Notes: generated from the letters alone by a model not told the origin. A stretch of 63,351 nt of DNA, filler included, from Octopus bimaculoides (GCF_001194135.2; 7 parts of 5 records of this genome joined end to end with filler, not necessarily neighbours in it); one strand, 5' to 3'; shown: positions 14,086 to 28,327, counted from the first letter of the whole stretch. A program made the numbers and translations.

Positions 14086-15681
14086 TAAAGTTAAGAGCAA
14101 AATAAGATCGAAAGCATCAATTTGATAGCTGCACTTGGAATAGGTTATGATATTCTGTTGTTGATAATAAATTAAAACAAATAATAAAATCGAAGTAAAT
14201 AATTGAATTTATTGGAACATAATACTTACGAGAGTTGTATGAGGATTCAAACTCATGTGTCTGCAATATTGTTATAAAATGCCCATTTACGTCTATAAAA
14301 TTATCCAATAAACGGCAATGAAATTCTAATCCAAATAAGAGTGAAATAAAAATGATTCAAACAGCTGCTTGCCATATTCAAAGAAGCCAATTAATTTCAG
14401 ACAACGGTGATGCGAAAAATAAGTCTGATAAAATAATAATTATAATCCAATTATATGAATATACAGATAATACCTAATTATTATATCCCAAAGTTCAGAT
14501 GGCTATGAGTTCTGTAATAAACTGAAGAGCAATTTCCATAGAAATTTGAGCTTCATGAATTAAAAAAAATAGTGTAGAAAAAAAAAAAGCGGATGAGAAA
14601 ACTACAGTCATTTACTGGAAAATAGCCGAATACATACCACAACCACTGGTTGTAATGAAATTTTCCTTTGAGAAAACCCAAGGATGGACTATTTATAAAT
14701 AAAATGCAACACTGGAGAAACTAATAATATATGTTGTAGCGTATATTTAACTCTGCCCCATTTATGAGTAGCACCCCCTAACGTGTAATGCTCTTGTTTG
14801 GTGCTTATGCAACAAAATCACACGTGTAATAAGATTACCATAAACGCATAAAAAAATATATATACATTTTAGTAAAATCGATTATTTAATAGAATGTATA
14901 TTATTCAATGAATAACTTTAGAAACCGACATCGCGATTTCTGGATTTAAACATAGGTATTTGGTGCAGTATAGTTGTAACATAATGAAATGCTATATTAA
15001 TGACAAATTACGAAAGTAAAATAAACTGCAATTAGAAAAACGTAAGCAACCAAAAAAAGAAGTATTGGAAATATTAAAGAAACTACTTGAAATACAATAA
15101 ATGTTAGCTAAGGCTTAAATGTCCGCGACAATTGATTCTATATTTTCAGAAGAGGAGTAGACCCAAAACTTTTATCTTGCACATAATTTACATTATTAGA
15201 AAATCATCTTGCATTTATCAAAAAGCAATTATTTTGAAAAGTAATAGAAGTATTTAACCGTCTCTTAATTATTTTCGCAACCGTATGCACACAAAATTTT
15301 AAACACACATTCAGCACAGAAATAGAAAATGATAATTACGTAATCTTAGGTAAAACTACAATAACTTCTACTTATTTCCCGTCTAAAGGATTACACAAAA
15401 ATGTTTTGCAGAATATTTCATGGGAATACCTACAAAAGGAGTACAGAGCATCACTGATTTCAAAAGGGGCGATGAAATGACCATTGTCAAATCTTTAACA
15501 ATGTTTGCATTAGTATTTATTGAATATATTTTAAATATCTTAAAATGCATTTGATAATTGTTATATCCAATTGTAAAATTTCCTCTCCCTCTGTCTTTCA
15601 TTTTCTCACATTTTACATAAGGATACAGGCATACACATACACCCACATACACACGTACACACACACACATACACACACACA

Positions 15682-15713
<32 letters not shown>

Positions 15714-17198
15714 TACATATACATATATATATATATATATACTCATTCTTTTTGCGATTCTCTATTTCTTCCACTATGTAATATATACTTTAATGAAGGG
15801 GAATACTTTCATTTGGCATACCCGAATGAATCGAATGAACGTACAATGTAAACTTGGCGAAGTTAGCAAACAATGGACATGCTGGCATATGTGTGTGTGT
15901 GTGTGTGTGTGCGTGTGTGTGTGTGTGTGTATATGTGTATGTGTTTATGTGTGTGTGTGTTTATGTGTGTAAGTAACCACGCCTGCGCCTATATGTGGGA
16001 AATATATATATTATGCATTGGTTGTTTGAGTATGTAAGTCATATTATTCTTATCTTTTAACAGTGTTTGTAAATTAACGTTATTTGAAGAATATTCTACA
16101 TGTACTCTTGGTGACACATTTACTGTACAGAAACAGATAAATTTAACGGAAAATTCTCAGCGTGTAGAACAGTTCTTGACATGAAGACTTTTAAAATTTT
16201 TAAGAGTCAGAAAATCTCAGAAGCAAGCACAAAGTAACAAAGAATAGAAAGAGAATGAAAAAGAAAGGGGGAAAAAAGAGTTTGTTACCTTGACAATGTT
16301 ATTCTGTTGCCTGTTTCAACATTTTTACCTATTTGACGAACATTTAATTTTCATGGACTGTCAACAAGACTGGCTTTATTAAGTGAAGTATATATAAATA
16401 TGTTGCCAATCACTTCTGTCACTTTCGTGTGTGTCTATGTGTATGCGTGCGCATATGCTCTAGGAGTACGTGTGTTTGCCCTGTTTTTTTGTTATATCTA
16501 AGATGTTATACGTTGTTATTCACTTCATTTCTTGTATGTGTGTTTTATAGTCGGCTTTGTGCGATAGTAAGTAAGTTTTGATTTTGCAGTACATTTTTAT
16601 TTATCTACCATTGCACACAAATTGCGTCCTTTTAATATGAATCACGTTCTTGCAGTTTCATTGATTATTTGTAATTACTTTTGTAATTAATGTAGTCAGA
16701 GATTATAAAATTTCGTCTATATTATCAAACCTTCTGGGGTTCTTTTCTTTTTTATTATTGTATATTTAATAGACACATATCATCTATAGTTATTTTAATA
16801 CAAATGTTTATATATATTTTTCCTCGTATTGAAGTTATGGTTTTTTTTAGAATAGATTCAACTTTTATTGATTTAAAAATTTCTCATTAGATTGCTGGCA
16901 ATGTTGTCTAAACGATGTTTAATGCACATATCTGCAATTTGTTTCTGATACTACAAAAACACTTTGGCACAGTTTCACTTGCAATTTACACTTTTGCATA
17001 CACATGCAGCCAATATATTACCCATTATTTAGATTCTACATTATGCTTCGTGGCTGTTTATAGTTTTCTGGGGAAATGAAGTAGGAATAGTTTCATGAGG
17101 CTACACTTTATACACTTAACGGTATTTATACATACATGCATATGCATAGAAAAATATATGCAGATATGTATACATATATATATGTTTACATATGTACA

Positions 17199-17265
<67 letters not shown>

Positions 17266-18329
17266 GAGGTTGTAGTGATACCGAAACCAAGTGACCATAT
17301 TAATAGCAACAACAAATCATCCAACAACTTCGATGGTTTCAGTAAGTGTGACAGCGGCAGAAACACCATCACTGACGCAAACGACCATATCACTAGCAGT
17401 AGCTGGAGATGACGACCACGCTGACACAAGCTACTGGCCCCATGCTCTATTTTACCACAGCCGGCACCCACATCACCATCGGCGACAGTAGCGCCAACGT
17501 TACAGTAACACGGGGGGGCAACAGCAACAGATCCAGGTCCGGAGCCAATCGAAGATGGACTAGTAATGTGAGCACAACCAACACCCAAGCTTGGAGACAT
17601 ATCAGATCAGCCGGGACAGCCTTGAAACGGTGCCTGTAAAAGCACAGTTTCGCATTCAGGATTCTGGAAACACGATTCATCACATCCCTGACCAGTCATG
17701 TATGGCCCCTCAAAGATGTACGTATCCAATATGATATCGAGTGACGTATCTTAGAGCGGCCGGGACCTTACATTGCAAATACAGCAAACATTGTATAGCT
17801 GAGCGAGCAACGATACTCAAGACTTTCTGAAACCTGAATCACTGAACACTCACCAGGAATTTTCCTTCTTTACGCCCATTTCAAATGCTACCTGCTGCAA
17901 GTAGAGGTTTCTCTGTTATCCGATTAGATTAGCAAGGGTCATTACGATCTAAAAGCAACCCAGGATATAAATCCCCTTTTCCCACTCTATTGATACAGTT
18001 ATCTTGTCTAAAGGAGATAACTCGTCCTCGCTGATCCCAGAGTAGGTATTCTTTAGTGACTTACTGACAAAATGACCGTAACAAATTCCTGCCTCCTAGT
18101 GGGGAAGAATTACATTTGTCTTCAGGTTTAGAATCTGACGAGACGTCCAGAGGGCTAAACGCTTTGCAGATGCGAAACCATTGGTCACGCTATGACAGTG
18201 ACTGGACATATACTTAACTGCATTTACACATACATTACTGCTCTATAATAGAGAGAAAGCTTCTGTTTTGGATAAATGATCCACTGGTGATTTGACTGCT
18301 AACTCCAATATAACATAATATTATATAAC

Positions 18330-18762
18330 ACTAGCAGTATAGCCCGGAATTGGCCGGAATTAAGTTAGGATTATTAAGCTATGAAAGCGCTTTCTTTCAA
18401 ACCAAACTAAGTAACGCCGACGTCAAAGTTCAACGAAATCCATTGAAATTGGTAAATGTTTGGCTGAAAATTGGTTGCAGACAATTTGATTTGAAAATCC
18501 CATAAGCAATCGGTTTATCGAATTTTCCACTCATCGATTGTTTTTTTTTTTTTTAGAACTTAAAGCATTCAAAGATTCCATGATTCGGAAGTAACGCTGG
18601 CATCACGTTTGAACAAAATACATCAACATTGGTAAAAGTTATGGTTGAAAATGGGGTGTAGCCAATTTTAGTGAGAAACACTTTGAGGAATCGGTTTATC
18701 GATTTTTCATCTTAATTGAATGGATAACCCCATAAGGAATCAGTTTATTGAGTTTTCACCTG
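18330..18762 (+). mobile_element. Non-autonomous Helitron-like element with internal ~180-bp tandem duplication
   Basis: Starts ACTAGCAGTATAGCCCGG...GCCGG, resembling the 5' end of non-autonomous Helitrons. AAGTAACGC...ATTGGTAAA...AATCGGTTTATCGA blocks recur at ~18409 and ~18589. Confidence 0.45.
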
Positions 18763-19260
18763 AAATAGAACTTAACCGAACACAACATTGGTGATTCAAA
18801 AAATCTATATTTATACTTTGAAGTTGATTTCCACACCCAACCCAGGTCTGCAGAATCAGTGCTGCGACGGGAACGCATGGGTTGGGAGTTTGACTGGCAG
18901 AGGTGATCAGGTTGCACATGCTTTCCTTTTCAAAACCACCTCCCGCATTGTCTAACCTCCTTGGGCCATGGGTTGGGAGTCCTTTCAGCAATTAAAATAG
19001 AACGCCCAAAAGGGCTTCCGATCCTCTGTGTCAGAAGAGGTTATATTCGGATCACAACTAAGCCTTAACATAAGCCTAAGCTAACTTACCGAAAGGGGGT
19101 TCAGGAACCTCTGAAAGGCAGCGACTAATCCCGATCTAGACCTAACCACTCCTAAGAGTACTATCGGTCAAGATATTCATTGGAGAAGGTTGTCTCGAAG
19201 ATCAGCATCGAAGATCTACATTGGAGAAGGTTGCATCGAAGGTTTGCAACCTTTTATAAA

Positions 19261-19395
19261 TATATAACAATAAGAAAATGCAGGGTAATAAGTGGTATTC
19301 ATCAACTTGCAGACATTGTATTGTGTCAATTTATTTGTTTATTTGCAAGTTAATGAATACCCCGCTATTCCCCACCATTTTCTTCTTGCTATATA
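19261..19395. mobile_element. Short palindromic MITE-like element
   Basis: TATATAACAATAAGAAAATG is an imperfect inverted repeat of CATTTTCTTCTTGCTATATA. The inner arms GTATTCATCAACTTGCAGA and TTTGCAAGTTAATGAATAC match at 17/19. TA-rich ends. Confidence 0.6.
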
Positions 19396-20297
19396 ACTGT
19401 CGTCTGCATTTCTAATGACCAGTCAATGAGGGAATTGTAATGCCTATGATCTGCTTCCTTTGATGTGGTCTCCACCTCTGCTAGTTGGAAGTGATACAAT
19501 TTCTCAAATGAGAGGCATAGCCCTAATATAGGACAGAATATATATAAAATGCACTAAAGTAAGACAGGCACAATGATGTGATGTTAACAGTATAGCATAT
19601 TATCTCTCACCCAAAAAAGGAAACATAAACAGTGGAGGCAAAGCTGCAAGTCTTATTATTCCGTCTAACCAGGTATTTTTCTTCTTTTCTGTATCCCGCA
19701 GGTAACACATTTTTGAACTTCCAGTTGCGCAAGTGGTCTGTTTCTAACTTTTATTTGCAAGTGTCTACACCTATTGCTTCAGTTTCTGTTTTTCGGTTGA
19801 AATAAACAGTAATCGTCGAGTTCGATGGGGGCTGTATTGGTTGCAAAGTCTGAGCTTCAGATCTCAATATATATTATTTCTTGGCAAATATATAGAATGC
19901 AGCTTGTGTGACTTGGTGGTATGCAGCATCGGCATTCGATTAGTCAAGTTTTAAAATGTAGATTCTCTTTACCAGATGTTTTTTTTCCTTTTATTTTAAA
20001 TGTACAGTCACAGATACATACGAGACGTTTATCTCTTTACAAGCGACGATATTTTAATGATTATTCACTATAGCATCGGTTTATATTAATGTGTTTAATC
20101 CACATAATTTGACCTGGATACTATTCGTACATATAATACATATGTGTACATACATACGTACATACATGCATACATACACACATGCATATATATTTGTATA
20201 TATTCTTTCTTTCCCTTAGCGTCTGCTACTACTTTACATGTACCACGTCTTCGCGTTGTTGTTTTTTGTTTGTTCTTCCGTTTTGGATTTACTAAAC

Positions 20298-20328
<31 letters not shown>

Positions 20329-22779
20329 ACCTATTTCTTCGTAGACTGAATTGAATAATGATCAGACTTAATCGATATTGGAACCTTATTGGGTTCAAAT
20401 TTGAGGTCTCTAAATCAATTTGGCCAATCTCTGAGAAACAAGCAGCCAATTTGTTTTTATACTCAAGAAATTCAATAGCTACTAATTTGCATACTGTAAG
20501 TGTTTAACACTATTTAATACCAGTGGCCTTTCAGCGGAATATATATATTTATATATTTATATGTGTGTGCGTGTGTTTTGAGAGAAAGCGAGAGAGGGGG
20601 GAGAAACGAAAGCAAAAACGTATTACACACCGCTGGAATCCTCCTTTTCAATCTATGTACGTCATAATAAATATTTGATTTAGCCAGAGGAATAAAAAAT
20701 TAACAACCGTTTAAACATTTACTGCATCTGACGCTCTTGCTATACACACAACTTATACACAATCACACATACCTAATGCACATGTGTATATGTATAATTG
20801 TGTATTTGTATGTGCCAGAGTCTGCATAGGCTAACGTGTTGTTATGCATCTACGAATCTATCCATAAATGGTGAATTTTGTGCTTGAAATAAACTATGTT
20901 AAAAAGAAAAAAAGAAGTAGATGCAATTTAATTTTATACATTGAAACACTTTCATACACATTATGACGAATACAGCTGGCTAAAAGCATACAGTCTTTCA
21001 TATTTGCCATTAATAACCTGCTGTTGTGTCAATTGCTACTACGTTTATCTTTTACAGTTTCAGCCCGCCAATAATATCATCACTAAATTCACAATAAACT
21101 TGTACCACATGAAGATTGCAAGCTGCAAGTGAATCCTATATATCTGAAAAGGAATAAATATTGATTCGGTGGATTAACTTCAGATTCTTTTATTGATATA
21201 AGTTTCACTTATGCGATGGTTTGCTTTGCTAGAAATAGTAATCAAATCCCAGTTAATTCAAACACTATCGTTATAAAACAGCGAATACATTAGGACATTT
21301 TTCAACATCAAAAAATTGAAAGAACAAATGCGATGATAGTCGAAATAACGCTGATCTTATAGTTCGTCGATCGTTGTTGAGGTGGGGTTAAAGAAAAGCG
21401 ACCGACATAACTGAAAAATAACCACACATACTCAACTTCTTTGTATGGTAAGGAAGTTCCATAAGAATGTATTAGACAAAAATATGTCATTTGCTGCCAT
21501 CGTATTCTGCAATTTCCGACTCCAACGGTAATTACAACACAGTTATTTTAGCTATTTTGATTAAATAACAATACATTTTCCTGCTTACTTACTAGACCTT
21601 ATGTTGATATAAATACGAAATCCTAAGCGAGATCGTAATTCAATAATAGTACAGTTTCGAGTTTCAAGTATATTTTTTGCAATTCTCATTGATGTTATTC
21701 TTAAATCACACAAACCAACTGGACATAAAATAAATATCAAGTAATTGATGCTGGAAGAGCAACCAAAACAATTTCATGGATACTTGTCGAAGTCATCACC
21801 AACGAAATCATCTCAAAATGTATGTTCAATATTTGGAAAATATTTATTTTAACTAATGTAATCGTTCAACCATATATGTTTAATCATATCCATCAGCGGT
21901 TGAACAATGCTATTGATTTAGAATAACCATGGAATACGTTTGATAAGATTCATGCTTTTCTCATGCAATGTTAGTGAAGTAAATGGGAAAATGATTATAG
22001 GAATATCGGATGTGATATTGAGGCTTTCAGATTCACCGAAATGATACTATTTGTAACAGAGTAATACATACATATTTGTAAGCACCTAAATTTAAAGTGA
22101 AGTGATAAATATAGTAAACGGGTCGCAAATATGCTTTCATAAAAGATAAGAAACAATTTTCACTAGCATCAAAACCAATAGACCCTAGGATCTTTACCCA
22201 CATCGAAAGTGATAAAACAAAATTGTCTCAAAGCAATTTGGTCTAACGTCCTTTGCTAATTCTGTTATTAATATTACGTACAGTTTAAAATTTGGGGCAA
22301 ACATATTTTTATTCAGGTATAAGATTGTGTATATCACTATGTATGTATGTATGTATGTATGTATGTATGTATGTACGTATGTATGTATGGATGGATGTAT
22401 GTATGTGCGTACGTACTTATGCATGTATGTATGTTTGTATGTATATGTGAGGATTTGTATGTTTTGCTTCATGTATGTATTGTCATGTATATAGTTGCAT
22501 CTCTAGACATGCTCGTGTATATGTATTTATTTCATTATTCAGTTTTACTTCAAGATTTCTTGCCCATAGAGAGCAGGCTTCTGCCTTAAATCTAAGTCTC
22601 GTTCATGAGAATTTCAACATCAACAGTTTTCTATGTATGTATGTATGTATGTATGTATGTATGTATGTGTGAGGATTTGTATGTTTTGTCTTATGTATGC
22701 AAGCTCATACATATATTTGCATATCTGGACATGCTCATATATACTTAAATAATAACTTCTGAAATGTTTTACAGATTTT

Positions 22780-23820
22780 TACACTTCCATTGATGGGTTG
22801 GATCTATAGGCTCCGAATCAGCTTTCACCTTTCTAGCTTTGAGATTCCCTTTTTCCCACCTTCTTGTACTTTTGTAGTGATGCTATTACTTTCACAATGG
22901 TCATGGAGGAGGAGTTTTAAACATGCTGTATACATAAAGTTCTGGCATGCAATCGGCTGTTAGTTTTTTGCTGTGTGCGTGGTTCTGCATTTGAGGATCA
23001 TTTTTGTCTCTGCCAGAGCGTACCAGTGTGATGAGCTACTGTTCACATTGAGAGCTTGCTTGCACAGGTTGATATGGTATGATCGGTAGATGGTTCGCTT
23101 CTTGTACCAGTATCCAACAGTCATGTCTCTTGCAGGTGATTCTTCCATCTTGAAGTGTCTGGATTACAGCCATAAGTGTATTACCATCAATGGTGTATGT
23201 CTTGGGTGTAATGCAGGGCTAATGACTTTTCTAATTTCTTCCAGCCACTGACCATCTATCACTTCACTCGAAATATTTCTTCAGAAGGTGTCTATGTCTT
23301 CTTTTAAAGGAGCTTCAATGGTGTTCTCTACTTCTCCTTTCATATCTCTGTACACAGTTGTCTGATTCCGGTAAAAATGCTTCGCTTATTGTTTTTCTCT
23401 CGGTTATTCTCTTCTGATGTGAGACTTTCTCACTAACAGTTTTTAGCTCCTTGAAAGTAATGAGTTTGAAATTGAATGTCCTCTTTTTGCTATCTCCAAA
23501 CATCACTTCTATCTCCTTCTTCACTTTTTGTTGGTGACACGTATAGTGATTTGTTTCTTTGCAAGCGATAAACATCATCAAATGCCTGACAATCTTCTGT
23601 AAAACATCCACTTTTTCTATGTCTCCAATACCCATGGTGGCATGTTCTTCGTTGTTTTGATTTTGCTTACTTCTTGAACGTAGTTTATGTAGTTTGTTCC
23701 AGTAGTAGACTCTTTTAAACAGTCCTCTGCAATTTTTTTAACAGCTTTTAATACCGTTTCTGGTGGGATTTGTCTTACTTCGGTAGAGAATATTCTCCAT
23801 AAAAGCGAGTACTTCAATTT
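22780..23820 (-). pseudogene. R4/Dong-like non-LTR retrotransposon fragment (pre-RT region and N-terminal RT)
   Basis: Minus strand reads ESPARDMTVGYWYK...KN*QPIACQNFMY...HCESNSITTKVQEGGKKG, matching the WKSPG.D...GYWYK, NYRPIAC and Q.GGKKG motifs of RLE-type R4-clade RT. Contains stops and frameshifts. Confidence 0.7.
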
Positions 23821-26049
23821 TTTTTTCTTGAAATATCTTAGAGACTATTTATCGAAATAACTTTGAAGCCGCAACTATCAACCCTGTTAAATAACTGGCA
23901 AATTTTCATATGTATTAACTGAATTATTCAGGATCGTATTGATTTTCGACTGAAACTTGAATGTACCATGCAGAGAGTTACTGCAATCAACAGAGCTGAG
24001 GAACTGGACGAAAACAAAAACAGGTAAATATATTTCTGTCTAGCTCTAGTTATAGAAGAAACTACAAAACTCATTTTTCTTGGAGTTACGAATTGAACAC
24101 TAATTAATTTAACTGTCATAGAAGGGTGAAACAATATAAACGTACATATGTATGCACATATTTTAACAGACGTTTGCCATAGGGTACAATGCATCCCTAT
24201 GCACGCTTGACCTGCTAAATATAGCCTCAAAAACAAGACACATTCTTTCATAACATGAGATGCATTTACTACTGGAAAGCTAAGTACACTTCGACTGGGA
24301 CATTATAAGACAAACTTGGTAATTTTGTATGAAATCGTTTTCATTATGTCATTATTTGTATTGTATCAAGTTCTCGCTAAGCCACACTGTCTGCAAATGA
24401 AAATCCCTTTCATTATTTTATGCACTAGTTTCGCTTCCTTTTTATCAGACACATTTCCAACGCTTAAAAGTACATTATTTTGATTTATTTCATATCATTT
24501 CTTTTCCATGGTATACTGCTTTTACTTCACTCATCACACTTGGCGTTTTCACACATTAAAATCATACAGCTTTCTATATTCAGACAAAATTATAAACATT
24601 GTAGGGAGCATCTAGCTTTTATGAAATCAACGCGGATTACCTGGCATGATAAGATACTCCAATATGGGAGACCTAACGTGGTTGGGGGTAAAATACGTAT
24701 GTCAAGTATTCTTTGCTTAAGTGAGAGGGATATGAGTTATACGACATTGTCAACCGATTAGTCACCCAGATAAGGAAAAATGTTCATCTAGATAATAGTG
24801 ACAAGACATTGCCAATGAAAATAATTAATATTGTATTCGTGTGGCCTCAAGTCAATCTTCCTTGCATAAATGTGATTTGATCGTCATTTAAGATTTGACC
24901 ACGCCATATTTTCTGTTTACCTAGGACTGTAGTGTACGGGTTATCTTCCGTTCAGGCCAGCAAGTTTTAATTTGAGGGAAACACGATTGTTAACTCTATT
25001 AGAGGCTCACTTTGTGTTTCTTTAAGACATAAATGAGATGTATAATTGTAACGGAAAATGTTATGTCGTCTGTGAATAACAACATTAGGCAAGTGGGTTA
25101 AGTCGTGTTATTAAACTTACTGAAACTGTATCATCTGCACTGCGTAGTTTACTGGGAATATATTCTCCATTCGCTTTACGTTGCTACCAATGTTTCTAAC
25201 GAAATAAAACACAAAATTCAAAAGGAACTTGTAATATACAATTATATAGGAGAACATGTAGGACATTTACTTTATCAGATTTTCCAATGAAATGCTAATT
25301 CCTTCTACACGAGTTTCACCATGGGTCCTATATTTTCTTAGTCGACAATAGTATTCTGATCGAGCTTGAACTAACTGGCAGCTGTTAACAGACTTGAATA
25401 TTATGCATGAGACTAATAACACAAAATATAATGTAGAAAAGTAAATTGAAATCAAAATACAACGTGCAAAACAACGCAAAATTATCGAACAGTCATACTA
25501 TAATCTCCTTAAGTATGAAACGAAACAATAAAACCTGAAACAGGATTTATATTTCCGTCTTCCAGCTGAGTATCACAAGTATAACATGATTCCTTAATGT
25601 ATTGGCTCGAGGCACAACTATAATATATAGTGAACAATCGCGATTGTTATTTGTAAAATAGATGCAATTTGTTTATCAGAAAGGATGTAAACAAGATTGT
25701 TGTTTATTGAATTGGAGACAACATTACTGTATGAATACATGCTGGGATAATTACACAAGTAATGACTGAGCTGTCACCAGAGTTGGTAAGAAACATTAGA
25801 AACATACATTTTAGGGCAATAAATTTACTTTCTAATCTCAAAATGGAAAGGAGTTCAAGTCGTTTATAGCACACACACACATATTCTTAAATATAGACTA
25901 TTTTTTTAAAGTGTATTGCAAAATATAATGTGTGTACGTGCGCAAGGTTGCTTAATACAAGAGGTAAAATATATGTAATGCTGGGAAAGCGTAGTTTGAA
26001 TATAGAGCGAGTAAATTTGTTTTTGTTATTATTATTATTGTTGGTGTTA

Positions 26050-26098
<49 letters not shown>

Positions 26099-26199
26099 GC
26101 TGCTGCTGATGCTGCTACCGCTGCTGCCGCTGCTTCTGCTACTACTATTATTGTTGTTGTTTTTCTTGTAATTGCTAGTATTATTTCAAATGACACTGG

Positions 26200-26640
26200 C
26201 GTAAATTATATGGAGCCCAGTATACCAATCATGACTACTCGTCTGATAAGGGTACACCAAGCACATGCACCACAGCCGTTTGTGCGCGACATATTGATCT
26301 CAAATCAAGATAAACAGTGTATGACCTTGCAGGTGGGGCTCAGTCAGAATTTTCTTCAGGACGAGTAGCCCATCCCGTTCAAAGGATCCTTGAATAAAGG
26401 TTGTTTGAGGATGTCGAACGAAATACCCATATTTCCAAAGGTGAATTATCGAAACTCCAAAGAATTCCTCTCAACCCATGACTATGATGCTCCCCCACTA
26501 CTCCTACTCGTGATCAGAGATGCACATATCGTCAGCCACTAACGGACATGCCCAACTGGTTTAGATCAAGCAAGTCACGAGCAAATATGTGGTATTGTGC
26601 AGAATATTTACTGTAGCACATATATTATACCAAGACAAAG
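26200..26640 (+). mobile_element. Interspersed repeat family D
   Basis: Aligns with 32135-32600 and with the reverse complement of 13430-13740. Confidence 0.75.
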
Positions 26641-26699
26641 CTTGATGGTTTTTATGGTGGCATCAAGTCAAGTATGGTTTTCATATATTTTTTCCTTAA

Positions 26700-27520
26700 T
26701 TTTTGGATTTTTGTAGGTCTGACAGTCTTGTTAAACTTAAGGTTTTTAAAATATTCTATGTCAGACCTAAATAGCTTAATTTGGTGTTGAATATGTTCTT
26801 GCCAAGAACACTTTTTGTTTGAATGTTGTCGTTTTCTAATCTTTTCCCCACGTAGAATAGTTTAGAGTTTTGTGGATGCATAGTACTGGTGGCTGAGATC
26901 TGTGATCATTAGCATTAGCTGAAATTATATCTTTAAGTGCAAGGCGGATTTTACCAATTATTTTAAGCTTTTAGTTAGAAATGTGAATTTTTGGGAGAGT
27001 ATCGCCTTCATTCACACTGGTTTGTTTAATTTTCAACCATTCAATCACCATTTGATTTTTTTAGATCATCTACTTTTGTTGGGTCAATTTCTGTGTGACT
27101 TTCTTCATCTATTTGATTTTCTTCGGCCTCAGTGTTTATGGTTGCTACAAAGAGTATTTCACTTTGCCTGTCAATTACATCAACTCTTTGAATCATTACT
27201 GCATTTTCATCAGCCTTGGGCTAGTCTGAGATTATTTCCACGGTAGTATCTTATTTAGCTGCAGCTTCGTTCCTTTTATCACTTACTTCTTGTTTAATTT
27301 GGTCAATCTCTATTTCAGTTAGTAATGTTTCTTCTCACGTAGGCAAGTTTGTTACTGTCTATGTAGAGTCTTCAAGGTGTTTTTGTCTCCAGTTTAAGGA
27401 GGTTTGTACAGTATTAGATTTATTTGTTGGGAAATATATGGTATGGTAGAAGGCAGTAAGAACTTCTTTATTATCTTCCATAGACCATTCCTCATTCTTT
27501 TGCTTTTGGTTATTTTATGA
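26700..27520 (-). pseudogene. R4/Dong-like non-LTR retrotransposon N-terminal fragment (Myb-like region)
   Basis: EWSMEDNKEVLTAFYHTIYFP...NWRQKH...LLTEIEIDQIKQEV and SWQEHIQHQIKLFRSDIEYL resemble the N-terminal WT.EEN...YY...L...EIE.IK and PW..R....I..LR.D motifs of R4/Dong ORFs. Confidence 0.55.
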
Positions 27521-28271
27521 CGAGCATGGATGTCCACCTTTTGTAATATTCCTGTTGTGCCGTACTCCTAGTTCCTGCGTGTCGGGAAGATTTGAACCAA
27601 TAGCTGATTTTTCGACTCGAATCTTGTTCAACATTAGAGTACGTTGGTATTTGTAATCCGATCGATGACCATTCCGGTTTGTATTTTGCTTTGTTAACAG
27701 TGAGGCATGACGAGCTTCGACGTTGACATTAGGGGATGGGTCTGTCAATTGTATGAGACAACACCGTCAGCGAGTTCTCTGCATGTAAACATTGCTCGTA
27801 ACGTAGCTTCTTAGGGCTGTATTCGTCTGTGTTTTTTTGTTGATAGATTTATCTCCAAGCATAGTCTTTATGTAGTGTTTTTAGCTTTACGGATGGAGTT
27901 GTATGTGTAGTCCTATGGGTATCAAAATGTATATTTTATTGTGTAGACATTCGAGTGTGAATGCCTAATTACTCAATTTATGTACTTACTATTTTGTTCC
28001 ATTTCTATTTAATAATGTGTAAACTTTCCGGTATTGATTGCGCGTGTGTGTTTCGTACATGTTTTACTGAGACATCGTGCGTTGGAAAAACTGAACGTTG
28101 TATGGCAGTAACAATTCGTCTTTCTTTTTATTATTATTTTCGATAAAAGACCGCTTCCTTCAAGTCTTCCACAGGAACATTTGTCTAATTCTATCAATGT
28201 TACTGGATTAGATTTGTTTTTGAATGGCGGGCCCGGTGCAGCACATCCATGTCATTCAGCTATTATTATTA

Positions 28272-28327
<56 letters not shown>

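Noticed and set aside
14497-14560. DGYEFCNKLK resembling a bacterial response-regulator motif
   Set aside because: A ten-residue chance match in AT-rich DNA with no supporting ORF.
18930-19000. CTAACCTCCTTGG as the P3/L3 of an HDV-like ribozyme
   Set aside because: Could not identify a matching P1/P2 pseudoknot or the catalytic J4/2 segment.
22330-22740. ~225-bp diverged tandem duplication anchored on (TATG)n; similar at 42810-43100 and 59030-59120
   Set aside because: Ordinary microsatellite-associated local duplications.
25680-25769. Cys-rich frame KGCKQDCCLLNWRQHYCMNTCWDNY* after an acceptor-like site
   Set aside because: Short, stop-terminated and with no recognisable cysteine framework.
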